From: Elusimicrobiota bacterium
GTDB lineage: Bacteria > Elusimicrobiota > Elusimicrobia > Elusimicrobiales > UBA9959
Assembly (NCBI GenBank): GCA_036574205.1
Contig: JAINCQ010000032.1
Coordinates: 1-14,743, forward strand
Length of the DNA stretch: 14,743 nt
Direction: 5' to 3'
A program made the position numbers and the translations under genes. Under the pieces are notes generated by a model. It was given only the letters and a program-made list of their open reading frames with translations, was not told the origin of the DNA and ran no database searches. Below are positions 1 to 9,175 of this stretch, piece after piece (position 1 is the first letter of the stretch; each line of letters starts with the position of its first letter).

Positions 1-1066
1 CAAGTATCCTTAAAGAAAAAATTCCGGGGACCTTACATCCAAGCCCCATGATAATAGGTATACTTCCATAACCATGAAGACCTATTTTATGAGAAACTCT
101 ATCAAGAATAACAGCAAGTCTGGGAAGATATCCAATATCTTCAAGAAAACCTAAAACAAGATAAAATGAAAAGACATAAGGTAAAACCACAACAAATGGC
201 ACATAAAGCCCTGTTGTAAATATAGAAAACCCTTCAAGTGGCGCCATATTTGAAGAAAATATGATTTTTTTAATGAATCCATTTTCAAAATTAGCTGATA
301 TTTTTTCTATCAAGGGCATATAATAAGAATTAAACAATGGATCAAGAATATAATTTATTATACTCTCTCCTATAAACCTGATAACTAAAAAACTTACTAC
401 TATAACTATTAATGCAAAAGGGATGGCTGTTATAGGAGTAGTTGTAATTAACTCAAGCTTTTCTAAAAATGATGGGTGTTTGTGAGTTATTTTTTGAACC
501 TTTGATGTTATCTCACCTATCAGCTTCCACTTATCTATATCATTTTCTGGAATTTCAAATTGAGGCATTGGAATATTTGTTTTTTCAAAAATTTCTTTAA
601 TTTCTTTCTCAAGATTATCAAACCCTACTCCAACTGTGGCGACAACAGGAAAAACCCTTATATCCAAAAGATGTTCAAGTAATCTGTAATCTATCTCTAT
701 TCCCTTATTTTTTGCTATATCAGTTTTAGTAATTATCAAAATCATTGGCTTTTCAATTTTTAGAAGTTGTAGTGTTAATAAAAGATTTCTTTCAATGTTA
801 TTAGCGTCAACCACATTAAATATAAAATCATAATCCTTTCTTTTTATTATCTCACCACTAACCTTTTCAGCAACACTTTCTCCATCAAGGCTATAACATC
901 CAGGCAGATCCATTACCTCACAATCCTGCCCACAAAGCTTTGCTTTCCCTTTAAGTATATCAACGGTGGTTCCAGGATAATTTGATGAAATAGCAGTATA
1001 TCCTGTAAGATATGAAAAAACTACGCTTTTACCTACATTGGGATTTCCAACTAAAATTATTTTCAT
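1..1066 (-). CDS. feoB: Ferrous iron transporter FeoB (5' part; runs off the left edge of the window)
   Basis: Not in the ORF track; translated by hand from ATG at 1066: MKIILVGNPNVGKS (G1), NYPGTTVD (G2), DLPG (G3), VVDANNIERNL, TKTD (G4), then membrane-domain motifs LEDIGYLPRLA and GLGCKVPG. Lies directly downstream of feoA. Confidence 0.95.
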   Translation of the reverse strand, partial: MKIILVGNPNVGKSVVFSYLTGYTAISSNYPGTTVDILKGKAKLCGQDCEVMDLPGCYSLDGESVAEKVSGEIIKRKDYDFIFNVVDANNIERNLLLTLQLLKIEKPMILIITKTDIAKNKGIEIDYRLLEHLLDIRVFPVVATVGVGFDNLEKEIKEIFEKTNIPMPQFEIPENDIDKWKLIGEITSKVQKITHKHPSFLEKLELITTTPITAIPFALIVIVVSFLVIRFIGESIINYILDPLFNSYYMPLIEKISANFENGFIKKIIFSSNMAPLEGFSIFTTGLYVPFVVVLPYVFSFYLVLGFLEDIGYLPRLAVILDRVSHKIGLHGYGSIPIIMGLGCKVPGIFSLRIL

Positions 1067-1094
1067 TGCTTTTTTATTACACATTTATTATTCT

Positions 1095-1322
1095 TTATCT
1101 TATCTCTTTTAGAAGAATTTTCTCTGCCATTCCCCGTCCTATTGCCACCTGAGAATTTAAAACTTTTACTATTACAGGGCCATGATTATAAGATAAGATT
1201 TTCTCTATCTCAGTCCCTTCATATATTCCGAGCGAAGCCATTTTTTTTGAAAGATTGAGCCCTCCATTTATTTTAATAACTTTAAATCTTCCCTTTTTAG
1301 CATTTGAAAGAGTTATTTCCAT
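1095..1322 (-). CDS. feoA: Ferrous iron transport protein FeoA
   Basis: 75 aa with the FeoA pattern KKMASLGIYEG...GPVIVKV..SQVAIGRGMAEKI; immediately upstream of feoB. Confidence 0.93.
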   Translation of the reverse strand: MEITLSNAKKGRFKVIKINGGLNLSKKMASLGIYEGTEIEKILSYNHGPVIVKVLNSQVAIGRGMAEKILLKEIR

Positions 1323-1714
1323 AAATTTTTCTTTTCAAAAAGTTTAAGTAATTTAGCCATTTTTTTCTTATCTTTTTCCTCTATTATATGTTCAAAATAA
1401 CAGCCATATTTAAGAGATTTTTTTTCATTAAAACCAAGAGCTTTAAAAAAACTCACAAGAAGGTTATGAGTTGAAAGGAGGTTAGAAGCAACTTTTTTAC
1501 CATTATCAGTTAGTTTTACAGTTCCATACCTTTGATGAGTCAAAAGCTTCCTTTTCTTAAGCTCTTTTATCGCTTTATTTACCGATGGAAGTTTAACAGA
1601 TAAAAAATTTGCAATCTCCTTTATTCTTGAAAAACCATTTTCTTTTTCAAATATATAAACAGCTTCAAGATAATCGGTTAAACTATCTGTAAGTTTATCT
1701 TTCTCTCCTATCAT
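1313..1714 (-). CDS. DtxR/MntR-family metal-dependent transcriptional repressor (no C-terminal SH3 domain)
   Basis: DYLEAVY, RIKEIANFLSVKLPSVNKAIKEL wHTH, YGTVKLTDNG, THNLL, CYFEH metal-ligand motif; overlaps feoA by 10 nt. Confidence 0.92.
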   Translation of the reverse strand: MIGEKDKLTDSLTDYLEAVYIFEKENGFSRIKEIANFLSVKLPSVNKAIKELKKRKLLTHQRYGTVKLTDNGKKVASNLLSTHNLLVSFFKALGFNEKKSLKYGCYFEHIIEEKDKKKMAKLLKLFEKKNLWK

Positions 1715-1734
1715 TTTAAACTCAAAATCATAAT

Positions 1735-1762
1735 AAGTTAGATAAGGCTAACTTTTATCTAA
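1735..1762. promoter_or_regulatory. Candidate DtxR/MntR-family operator
   Basis: Perfect inverted repeat AAGTTAG-N6-CTAACTT (1735-1754) overlapped by TTAGATAA-N9-TTATCTAA (1738-1762). Lies between the predicted promoter and the repressor ATG and resembles TTAG...CTAA DtxR-family boxes. Confidence 0.65.
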
Positions 1763-1766
1763 TATA

Positions 1767-1796
1767 ATTCTATATTTTCTTATTGATTAAAGTCAA
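1767..1796 (-). promoter_or_regulatory. Sigma70-type promoter for the regulator-feoA-feoB operon
   Basis: Minus strand TTGACT (1796-1791), 18 nt, TAGAAT (1772-1767). Confidence 0.55.
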
Positions 1797-1883
1797 GAAT
1801 TATACTCATCCATAATAAATATTTAATTTATACTTTAATCTTCTAAAAATATCGTTATTTTTTTGTTATGTAATCTAAAAAAT

Positions 1884-2561
1884 TTATTTGATTTTCAAAA
1901 GTTTATGAATTTGAGGCAAAAACCTTATATTTTCCAATTTTTCTCTTGCAACTCTATAAAGTTTATCAAAGAATTCAATATCAAAACTTAAACTCTGGCT
2001 TGAAATCGGCTGAATAAAAAATGGGATTCTATTACAAACCTTTGAAACTAATAAAACTGCTTTTCTAAAATCTTTTATCTTTACATCCCTTCCTACAACA
2101 ACTTTAACATATACTTTCTGTTCTGAAATTTGCAAAAAATTATAATGCTCTTTCCACAATATTTTATTACAATACTGGGGAAGTTTTATGTCCATTGAAA
2201 TTATGTCCACTATATTAATTATCTTTTTCATCTCCTTATACAAAACTCCATTAGTTTCAATTAAATATTTATAATTTGAGCCTAAAGAGTTTATTATTTT
2301 TTTAATAGCATCTGAATATAAAAGCGGCTCTCCCCCCGTAAAAGAAATTATGTTAGTATATTCTTTTTCAGATAACTTTCTTATTTTTGAAATTACTTTA
2401 TCTATTTCAAACTCACTGCCTTTTAGTTTTGAAGCCTTTTCATCGCAATAAATACAATTTAAGTTGCATAACGAGAATCTTACAAATATATGTTTTTCTC
2501 CCACAAAAAGGCCTTCACCCTGATAAGAAGCAAATATATCTGAAATAAAAACTTTATTCAT
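1884..2561 (-). CDS. queE: 7-carboxy-7-deazaguanine synthase (radical SAM)
   Basis: SYQGEG, FVRF..CNLNCIYCD (CX3CX2C), TGGEPLL, IETNG, C-terminal PQIHK; adjacent to queC. Confidence 0.9.
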   Translation of the reverse strand: MNKVFISDIFASYQGEGLFVGEKHIFVRFSLCNLNCIYCDEKASKLKGSEFEIDKVISKIRKLSEKEYTNIISFTGGEPLLYSDAIKKIINSLGSNYKYLIETNGVLYKEMKKIINIVDIISMDIKLPQYCNKILWKEHYNFLQISEQKVYVKVVVGRDVKIKDFRKAVLLVSKVCNRIPFFIQPISSQSLSFDIEFFDKLYRVAREKLENIRFLPQIHKLLKIK

Positions 2562-3213
2562 ATATAGGGTCTTTTAGTCCAGCTTCTTTAAAACCTTTGG
2601 CTCTTAGTTTACATGAATCACATCTTCCACATGGTTTTTTACCTCCATAATAACATGACCATGTTAAATGGATAGGAGCTTTAAGTTTATAAGCAAGCTC
2701 AACTATTTCCTTTTTTGATAAGTTTATAATTGGAGTTAAAATCTTTATATTCTTACTTTTAGTCCCATATTTAATTGCCTTTGAAAGATTTCTATAAAAC
2801 TCAGGTCTGCAATCGGGATAGCCTGAGTAATCAATAGCATTTGGACCAAGTATTATAAAATCAGCATTTATACTATCAGCATATGAAGCAAGTATTGAGG
2901 TAAAGACAAGATTTCTTCCGGGAACATAAGTTGAAGGGATATTCCCTTTTACTATCTCTTTGTAAGTTTTGTCTGGAAGTTTTTTATTTTTATCAACAAG
3001 TGAACTTACTTTAAGCCAGGGAAAATTCAATTTTATTTCAACCAAATTAACCTTATAATACTCTGAAACCTTTCTTGCAGATTTAATCTCTCTAATATGC
3101 CTCTGACCATAATCAAAACTGACGGCATAACATTTATATCCTTTATATACTGCCCACGCAAGGCATGTAGTTGAATCAAGCCCGCCTGAAAGGCTAATTA
3201 TCGCTTTTTTCAT
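2554..3213 (-). CDS. queC: 7-cyano-7-deazaguanine synthase
   Basis: SGGLDS PP-loop, FDYGQRH, TYVPGRN, DYSGYPDCRPEF, SCY...CGRCDSC Zn site. Start moved from 3228 to ATG 3213 because GGAGG lies at 3224-3220. Confidence 0.96.
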   Translation of the reverse strand: MKKAIISLSGGLDSTTCLAWAVYKGYKCYAVSFDYGQRHIREIKSARKVSEYYKVNLVEIKLNFPWLKVSSLVDKNKKLPDKTYKEIVKGNIPSTYVPGRNLVFTSILASYADSINADFIILGPNAIDYSGYPDCRPEFYRNLSKAIKYGTKSKNIKILTPIINLSKKEIVELAYKLKAPIHLTWSCYYGGKKPCGRCDSCKLRAKGFKEAGLKDPIYE

Positions 3214-3865
3214 CAAAAACCTCCGCAAAATCTCCTAAAATTTTTGCAACCGGCAAAGTGTTAAATAAATCTACTGAAAAAATTATTTTAATATCTTCTT
3301 CTGCAGTCTTCCTGAGTTTTTTAAGTTCTTCAATTCTTTTAGCATTAATTATTTTTTCTTTTAACTCTTTTAAATCAGTCTTCTTATTCTCAAAAAAATT
3401 TTTTAAAAACTCAGATGCATAAAAATCTTCAACATGATCTCTGTTAAAAAAAATACAGGCAGGAACAATTAAAACTTTTCTGTTATTTTTAAGAATAAAC
3501 TCTTTTGTTTTAGTTATATTACATAGCGAAGATATTATAATTTTATATGCATTTTTAGAAGCTAAAACTGCTTTTGAGCCAGAGTTGGTGACAACTATAA
3601 CATTTGAGTTTATTTTTTCACTCAAACTAAGATATGGAGAATTATCAAATTTTCTAATATTTAAGTCTTTCTCTGAAAAAAAGGAAAATTTTTTATTTTG
3701 ATTATAGAAATCAATAGCTTTATTTTCATCAGCAAAAACAAAAATTTTCTTTCTTTTTGACACCAAAGCATTTATAGTAGTAGAAAATCTAAAAAAATCA
3801 ACGACAATGATTATATCTTTAAAACTCTCAACCTCTTCATTTTTTTTAGCTATTTTTATTTCCAT
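3194..3865 (-). CDS. ComB-like (2-phosphosulfolactate phosphatase family) protein, divergent
   Basis: IVVDFFRFSTTI (cf. VIDVLRATTTI), FDNSP (cf. GNSP), VTNSGSKA (cf. TTNGT.A), EDFY; size fits the family. Confidence 0.75.
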   Translation of the reverse strand: MEIKIAKKNEEVESFKDIIIVVDFFRFSTTINALVSKRKKIFVFADENKAIDFYNQNKKFSFFSEKDLNIRKFDNSPYLSLSEKINSNVIVVTNSGSKAVLASKNAYKIIISSLCNITKTKEFILKNNRKVLIVPACIFFNRDHVEDFYASEFLKNFFENKKTDLKELKEKIINAKRIEELKKLRKTAEEDIKIIFSVDLFNTLPVAKILGDFAEVFDEKSDN

Positions 3866-3876
3866 ATTCCTTTTCT

Positions 3877-5160
3877 TTATACCACTTCAGCTTTTCTTAA
3901 ATATCCAGCTGCCTCAATAACTTTTACTCTTTTAAACTCACCAACCTTAGCTTTATAATTAACTATTTCAAATTTTCCATCTATATCAGGGGCATCCATA
4001 TAACTTCTTGCATAATTTAACGAATCAAAAATAACTTCATATTCTTTTCCAATAATTGATTTATTGAATTCATCTACTATTCTGGTATTTAAATTCAATA
4101 TTTCAAGATATCTCTCATTTATAATCTTAGAAGGGAGTTGTTTTAAGTAATATGCCACAGTTCCTTCCTCCCTTGAATATTTAAAAACAGAGATATAATT
4201 AGGCTTATATCTATGAATAAAAGATAGAAGATTTTTAAAATCCTTTTCTGTTTCGGAAGGAAAACCCACTATTATACTTGTTCTTATAGCAGCATCTGGA
4301 ATAATTTTCTTGATAAGATCCATTTTCTCCATAAGCATTTTGCTGTTATATTTTCTATTCATTGCTTTCAACACACTATCAGATGAATGTTGCACTGGCA
4401 TTTCTATGTAATTTATTATTTTATCGCTATTTTTAATTATTTTTAAAAGATCCCTATCCACTCCGTTTGGATAAAGATACATAAGCCTTATCCATCTAAG
4501 CCCTTTTATTTTCTCTAAATTTATAAGCAGTTCTTTTAATAAAGACCTGCCATATAAGTCCATTCCATATCTTGTCGTATCCTGAGCTATAAGACTGATT
4601 TCTTTAACCCCAATTTTAACAAGTTTTTTAGCTTCATCTATAATATCCTCAATTTTTTTAGATCTGAATTTACCTCTTATAAAAGGTATTACGCAATAAG
4701 AACAGAAATTATCACAACCCTCTGCTATTTTTAGATATGAGGAATGTGGCTTTGTTAAAAGTAATCTGTCAGTAAGTGGGAAATAATCACAATAAGTTTT
4801 ATAAAATGGAACTTTTTCTTTTTTTAAGAACGAGATCAACCCTTTCCCTTCTATACCAATAAATCCATCAATATACGGATTTTTTTTAAAAATTTTATCT
4901 TTGAATCTTTCTACAAGGCATCCACAAACAAGGATTTTTTTAATAATACCCTTTTTCTTAAAGTCTATCATTTCCCTGATGACTTTTTTAGATTCATTTA
5001 TTGCAGAGTTGATAAAACCACAGGTATTTATAACAACAAGATCAGACCCCTCAACATTAAGAGAAAGCTTATAGCCATTTTTTTCAAGCTCAGCCGATAT
5101 GATTTCACTGTCAACAAGATTCTTTGGACAGCCAAGGCTTACAATATAAAAATTTTTCAC
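3877..5160 (-). CDS. rimO: Ribosomal protein uS12 methylthiotransferase RimO
   Basis: SLGCPKNLVDSE, INTCGFI, KIAEGCDNFCSYC, LIAQDTT.YG, DAPDIDG; GTG start overlaps the corA stop (GTGA). Confidence 0.95.
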   Translation of the reverse strand: MKNFYIVSLGCPKNLVDSEIISAELEKNGYKLSLNVEGSDLVVINTCGFINSAINESKKVIREMIDFKKKGIIKKILVCGCLVERFKDKIFKKNPYIDGFIGIEGKGLISFLKKEKVPFYKTYCDYFPLTDRLLLTKPHSSYLKIAEGCDNFCSYCVIPFIRGKFRSKKIEDIIDEAKKLVKIGVKEISLIAQDTTRYGMDLYGRSLLKELLINLEKIKGLRWIRLMYLYPNGVDRDLLKIIKNSDKIINYIEMPVQHSSDSVLKAMNRKYNSKMLMEKMDLIKKIIPDAAIRTSIIVGFPSETEKDFKNLLSFIHRYKPNYISVFKYSREEGTVAYYLKQLPSKIINERYLEILNLNTRIVDEFNKSIIGKEYEVIFDSLNYARSYMDAPDIDGKFEIVNYKAKVGEFKRVKVIEAAGYLRKAEVV

Positions 5161-6095
5161 TTATCAAATATTCCCTTTCTTTCAAGCTTTCTAAAAACAA
5201 CAAAAACAAGATATGCTGTTATTATTGAGAAGATTAGAAATATAAAATGAGCCATTCTTGGACTTGCTACACCCATAAGAGTTTGTATTTCAGACATGCC
5301 ACCCATTGAAGCAAAAAAGTTTGGAACGGCTATTGCTATGGTTATTATGGTGAGGGTTTTAAGCCAGATATTCATATTGTTGTTTATTATTGAAGCTCTT
5401 GCATCCATTAAACTTGAAAAAACCTGAAGATATATATCAGCCTGGTTTTTCGCCTGATTGTTTTCTATTATTATATCTTCAAGATATTCCAGACTTCTTT
5501 CGCTAAATTTATGTTTCGGCGCAAGTATTCTTAATTTCTCAAGAGTAAATGAATTTGAGGCAATAGCGCTTGTATAATAAACAAGAGATTTTTCAAGGGT
5601 AAACATATGAATTAAATATTTATTGTCCATTGATTTTGAAATTTTATTTTCTATCTCATCCGCTATCATATTTATAACCTTAAGGTGCTCTATGAAATGG
5701 TATATTGAATTATAAATCAACTTTAAGAAAATCTCTTTTATACCAATAACATGTTTAAAATATTTTCCAGCAAAAGGATTTATGTCTTCATTTAAAACAA
5801 TTAAAAGTTTATTTTTTGTAAGAAACAAACCTATAGAAGAAACCTTAAAAAGATAATGGTCTTTTGAAGAGTAATTCTTTGGTCTTTTGAATATCATTTC
5901 TATTTTATCTTCACTAAATTCAAGACGAGCTGGTTCCTCAGGATCTAAAGCCGAGTTTATATTATGTTGATCAATATCAAACTCATTTGCCACCAAATCT
6001 TTCTCTTCCTGAGTAGGTATAACAAGTAAAACGATACTCTCTCCAGTCTCTGTTTCAGTTATTATTCCATCTTTTATCAAATATTTTTTAATCAT
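5157..6095 (-). CDS. corA: CorA-family divalent cation transporter (GMS variant of the GMN motif)
   Basis: ALDPEEPARLE, LEKSLVYY, LEDIIIENNQA, ASIINNNMN...LT, two C-terminal TM helices joined by GGMSE. Confidence 0.88.
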   Translation of the reverse strand: MIKKYLIKDGIITETETGESIVLLVIPTQEEKDLVANEFDIDQHNINSALDPEEPARLEFSEDKIEMIFKRPKNYSSKDHYLFKVSSIGLFLTKNKLLIVLNEDINPFAGKYFKHVIGIKEIFLKLIYNSIYHFIEHLKVINMIADEIENKISKSMDNKYLIHMFTLEKSLVYYTSAIASNSFTLEKLRILAPKHKFSERSLEYLEDIIIENNQAKNQADIYLQVFSSLMDARASIINNNMNIWLKTLTIITIAIAVPNFFASMGGMSEIQTLMGVASPRMAHFIFLIFSIITAYLVFVVFRKLERKGIFDK

Positions 6096-6096
6096 A

Positions 6097-6990
6097 TCAG
6101 ACTTTTGTCTTTAACTTTGAAGAAACAATCTTTCCTATTTCCGAAAGATTTTCTACAACTGTTATATTAGCATCTTTTAATGCTTTTATCTTTGATTCAT
6201 GAGTTCCGCTACTTCCTTCTACAATAGCGCCGGCATGTCCCATCCTCCTGCCTTTTGGAGCAGTCTTTCCAGCAACAAAAGCAAAAACCGGTTTTTTGAC
6301 ATTTTCTTTTATAAATTTTGCCGCATCCTCTTCCGCGCTTCCACCTATTTCGCCTATCATAAGTATAGCTTTTGTCTGCCTGTCTTTATTAAAAAGATTA
6401 ATTGTATCAACAAAATTTAACCCCTGAACAGGATCTCCGCCTATTCCAACAACCGTTGACTCACCAAGTCCCTCTTTTGTTATCTGCCACACAGCTTCAT
6501 AGGTAAGTGTTCCAGACCTTGAAACTATTCCAACGCTTCCTTTTTTATGAATATAGCCTGGCATTATTCCAGCCTTAGCCTCTCCTGGAGTAATAACCCC
6601 GGGGCAGTTTGGACCGACCATTATTATATCGTTACCAGAGTTTTTAAGAAAATTCAAATGCTTCTTGACTTTTGCCATATCACTTACAGGTATGCCTTCG
6701 GTTATTGTTATTATAACCTTTATCCCATTGTAAGCGCATTCAAGTATAGAATCTGCCGCATAAGGAGCTGGAACAAATATCATAGCACTATCACACCCAG
6801 TTTTCTCAACTGCTTCTTTTACAGTATTAAATACAGGAACACCTAAATGAGTTGTTCCACCTTTTCCAGGGGTAACACCAGCAACTATTTTAGTTCCATA
6901 CTCAATGCATTGTTTTGTATGAAAACTGCCATGTTCGCCAGTTATTCCACAAACAACAAATTTTGAATTTTTATTTATTATTATTGACAT
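6097..6990 (-). CDS. sucD: Succinate--CoA ligase alpha subunit
   Basis: [43 protein letters not shown] (phospho-His); SD GGAGG upstream. Confidence 0.98.
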   Translation of the reverse strand: MSIIINKNSKFVVCGITGEHGSFHTKQCIEYGTKIVAGVTPGKGGTTHLGVPVFNTVKEAVEKTGCDSAMIFVPAPYAADSILECAYNGIKVIITITEGIPVSDMAKVKKHLNFLKNSGNDIIMVGPNCPGVITPGEAKAGIMPGYIHKKGSVGIVSRSGTLTYEAVWQITKEGLGESTVVGIGGDPVQGLNFVDTINLFNKDRQTKAILMIGEIGGSAEEDAAKFIKENVKKPVFAFVAGKTAPKGRRMGHAGAIVEGSSGTHESKIKALKDANITVVENLSEIGKIVSSKLKTKV

Positions 6991-7038
6991 AAAACCTCCA
7001 ACAAGATTTATTCTTAAATTATACTTTTTCAGAGATCC

Positions 7039-8193
7039 TTATTTAGCCAGAGATACAGCTTTCTTACATCCATCCCATAGGCTATCAGCCTGCTCAAACT
7101 TAAGCCCCGATTTGTTTAATATCTCTTTCCCTTCTTTAACATTAGTGCCTTCAAGTCTAACCACAACTGGAACATTTATTTTCACATTTTTTGCGGCTTC
7201 AACTATTCCCTTAGCTATATTATCGCATTTCATTATCCCACCAAATATATTAACCAAAATTGCTTTTACCTTTGGATCTTTCAATATAATCTTAAAGGCA
7301 TTTGTAACCTGATCCACATTAGCTCCACCTCCAACATCTAAAAAATTTGCTGCATCACCACCAGCAAGTTTTATAGTATCAAGCGTAGCCATTGCAAGTC
7401 CAGCCCCATTAACCATACATCCAACATTGCCGTCAAGTCCTATATAATTTATTCCTATTTTTTTGGCTTCTTTTTCAAGATCTGAAGACTCTCTATCAGG
7501 CATATTTGCTATATCTTTATGTCGAAAAAGAGCATTATCATCTATTATTACTTTGGAATCAAGCGCTATAATCTTATTTTCCTTTGTTATTATCAACGGA
7601 TTTACCTCAACAAGACTGGCATCATATTCTATAAACAATCTAACAAGATTTTTTGAAAATAAGATAAAATCACAAAAAAGATTTTTAGGAATATTAAGCT
7701 TATAAGCTAACTCTCTTGCCTGCCAATCCATAAGCCCTGCTTCAATATCTATTGGAACTTTTATTATGGCATTTGGATTTTCCTTAGCAAGTTCTTCTAT
7801 TGACATTCCACCTTCCTTAGAAGCTATAACAACAGGTTTTGAAATTTTTCTATCCATTATAACTGATATATACATCTCCCTTTCTATATCACTTGCCTTC
7901 TCAATTAAAACCTCATCAACCTTTATCCCTTTTCCAGCTGTTTGATGAGTAACCAACTCCATTCCAAGCATCTTACTAACAATTTCTCTTGCTTCAGATT
8001 CATTATTTGCAATCTTAACCCCACCGGCTTTTCCCCTTCCACCGGCAAGAACCTGTGCTTTTATTACAACAGGATATGAATCAATTTTTATTTTTGAAAA
8101 ATCTTCTCCTATTTTTAAAACTCCATATTTTTTTGCAACCGGAATGTTATATTTTTCAAAAAGAGCTTTTCCCTCATACTCAACAAGTTTCAT
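7039..8193 (-). CDS. sucC: Succinate--CoA ligase beta subunit
   Basis: KAQVLAGGRGKAGGVK, EGGMSIEE, EVNPL, DDNALFRH, NGAGLAMAT, ANFLDVGGGA, NIFGGIMKCD, RLEGTN; SD GGAGG upstream. Confidence 0.98.
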   Translation of the reverse strand: MKLVEYEGKALFEKYNIPVAKKYGVLKIGEDFSKIKIDSYPVVIKAQVLAGGRGKAGGVKIANNESEAREIVSKMLGMELVTHQTAGKGIKVDEVLIEKASDIEREMYISVIMDRKISKPVVIASKEGGMSIEELAKENPNAIIKVPIDIEAGLMDWQARELAYKLNIPKNLFCDFILFSKNLVRLFIEYDASLVEVNPLIITKENKIIALDSKVIIDDNALFRHKDIANMPDRESSDLEKEAKKIGINYIGLDGNVGCMVNGAGLAMATLDTIKLAGGDAANFLDVGGGANVDQVTNAFKIILKDPKVKAILVNIFGGIMKCDNIAKGIVEAAKNVKINVPVVVRLEGTNVKEGKEILNKSGLKFEQADSLWDGCKKAVSLAK

Positions 8194-8431
8194 AAAACCT
8201 CCATAATCATAAAACCACTAATATAATTTTACATAATTTAAAAGAATTTTTATTAAATTTATTAAGCGGAAATTTTAACTTTATAAAGTTTAATCCCCCT
8301 CTAATTCCATTTAAGTTTTCTTTAATTATCATTTAATATTATAATTCTGATGCATCCTTTGATTTATATAGAGGAGGTTTAGCTTTTTCAGATATCAGAT
8401 ATATATTTCCTTTGATTCACAAGTATGATTA

Positions 8432-9175
8432 TCAATAAAATATTCTATAAAAAATCAAACCTAACAATTCATGGGAAAATTTTCTTTGATTTGAAAAGTC
8501 CTGAGGTAAAAAATCATATAAGCTAATTTTGCCTCTACAAGTATAAGAGGAGGGATAGTAAGCTACTTCTTTAAACCCGACTTTTTTGAAAGAATAAACG
8601 CTTCTTGGTATATGTAAAGAATCTGTAATTAAAATAGGTTTTTTAAAACCTTTTTGCTGGCAAATCTCCTTTGAATAAATAGCGTTTTCATAAGTATTTA
8701 GCGATCTGTTTTCATAAAATATCTTTTCTTTATCCACACCAAGTAAGGTTAAAAACTTAAACGCAACCTCAGCATCTGATTGAAATCCAGGAAGTTTTCC
8801 TCCGGTAAGTATAATCGGCAAGGAAGTTTTTTTATGTATCCTGTAAACTGTAAAAAGCCTTTCTAAGGAAGATTCAGAAAGATAATTTGAGCCAGTAATA
8901 TCATCTATGAAATTGACTGTTCCACCACTTAAAAAGAGAATGACATCCCCATCATATGAAGCTTTTTGATTTAAATCCCGCTCAAGAGGGCAAATTAAAA
9001 GATTAATAAAAAAGTTTATAGAAAAAAGATAAAGAGCAAAAGAAAATAAAAGGGAAACAATAAAAAGTTTTTTTTTCTTAATTTTTAAAAAATATACGGA
9101 TAGCAAAATTCCAAAAAAAATAAAAATTCCAGGAGGTAGTAAAAAAGAAGAAATTATTTTTTTAACCTCAAACAT
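8432..9175 (-). CDS. YdcF/ElyC/SanA (DUF218) family membrane-anchored protein
   Basis: Two N-terminal TM segments (FLLPPG...), LSGG, ERL, TGG, ENRSLNTYENA, LITDSLHIPRS, HELLG. Confidence 0.9.
   Translation of the reverse strand: MFEVKKIISSFLLPPGIFIFFGILLSVYFLKIKKKKLFIVSLLFSFALYLFSINFFINLLICPLERDLNQKASYDGDVILFLSGGTVNFIDDITGSNYLSESSLERLFTVYRIHKKTSLPIILTGGKLPGFQSDAEVAFKFLTLLGVDKEKIFYENRSLNTYENAIYSKEICQQKGFKKPILITDSLHIPRSVYSFKKVGFKEVAYYPSSYTCRGKISLYDFLPQDFSNQRKFSHELLGLIFYRIFY

Noticed and set aside
6199..7705. Plus-strand ORFs 6199-6420, 6547-6846, 7112-7312, 7463-7705
   Set aside because: Antisense shadows of sucD and sucC with no motifs or RBS.
8226..8253. dif-like site (TTATGTAAAAT on the minus strand resembles the XerD arm)
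   Set aside because: No XerC-like arm at the correct spacing; likely AT-rich chance or promoter sequence.
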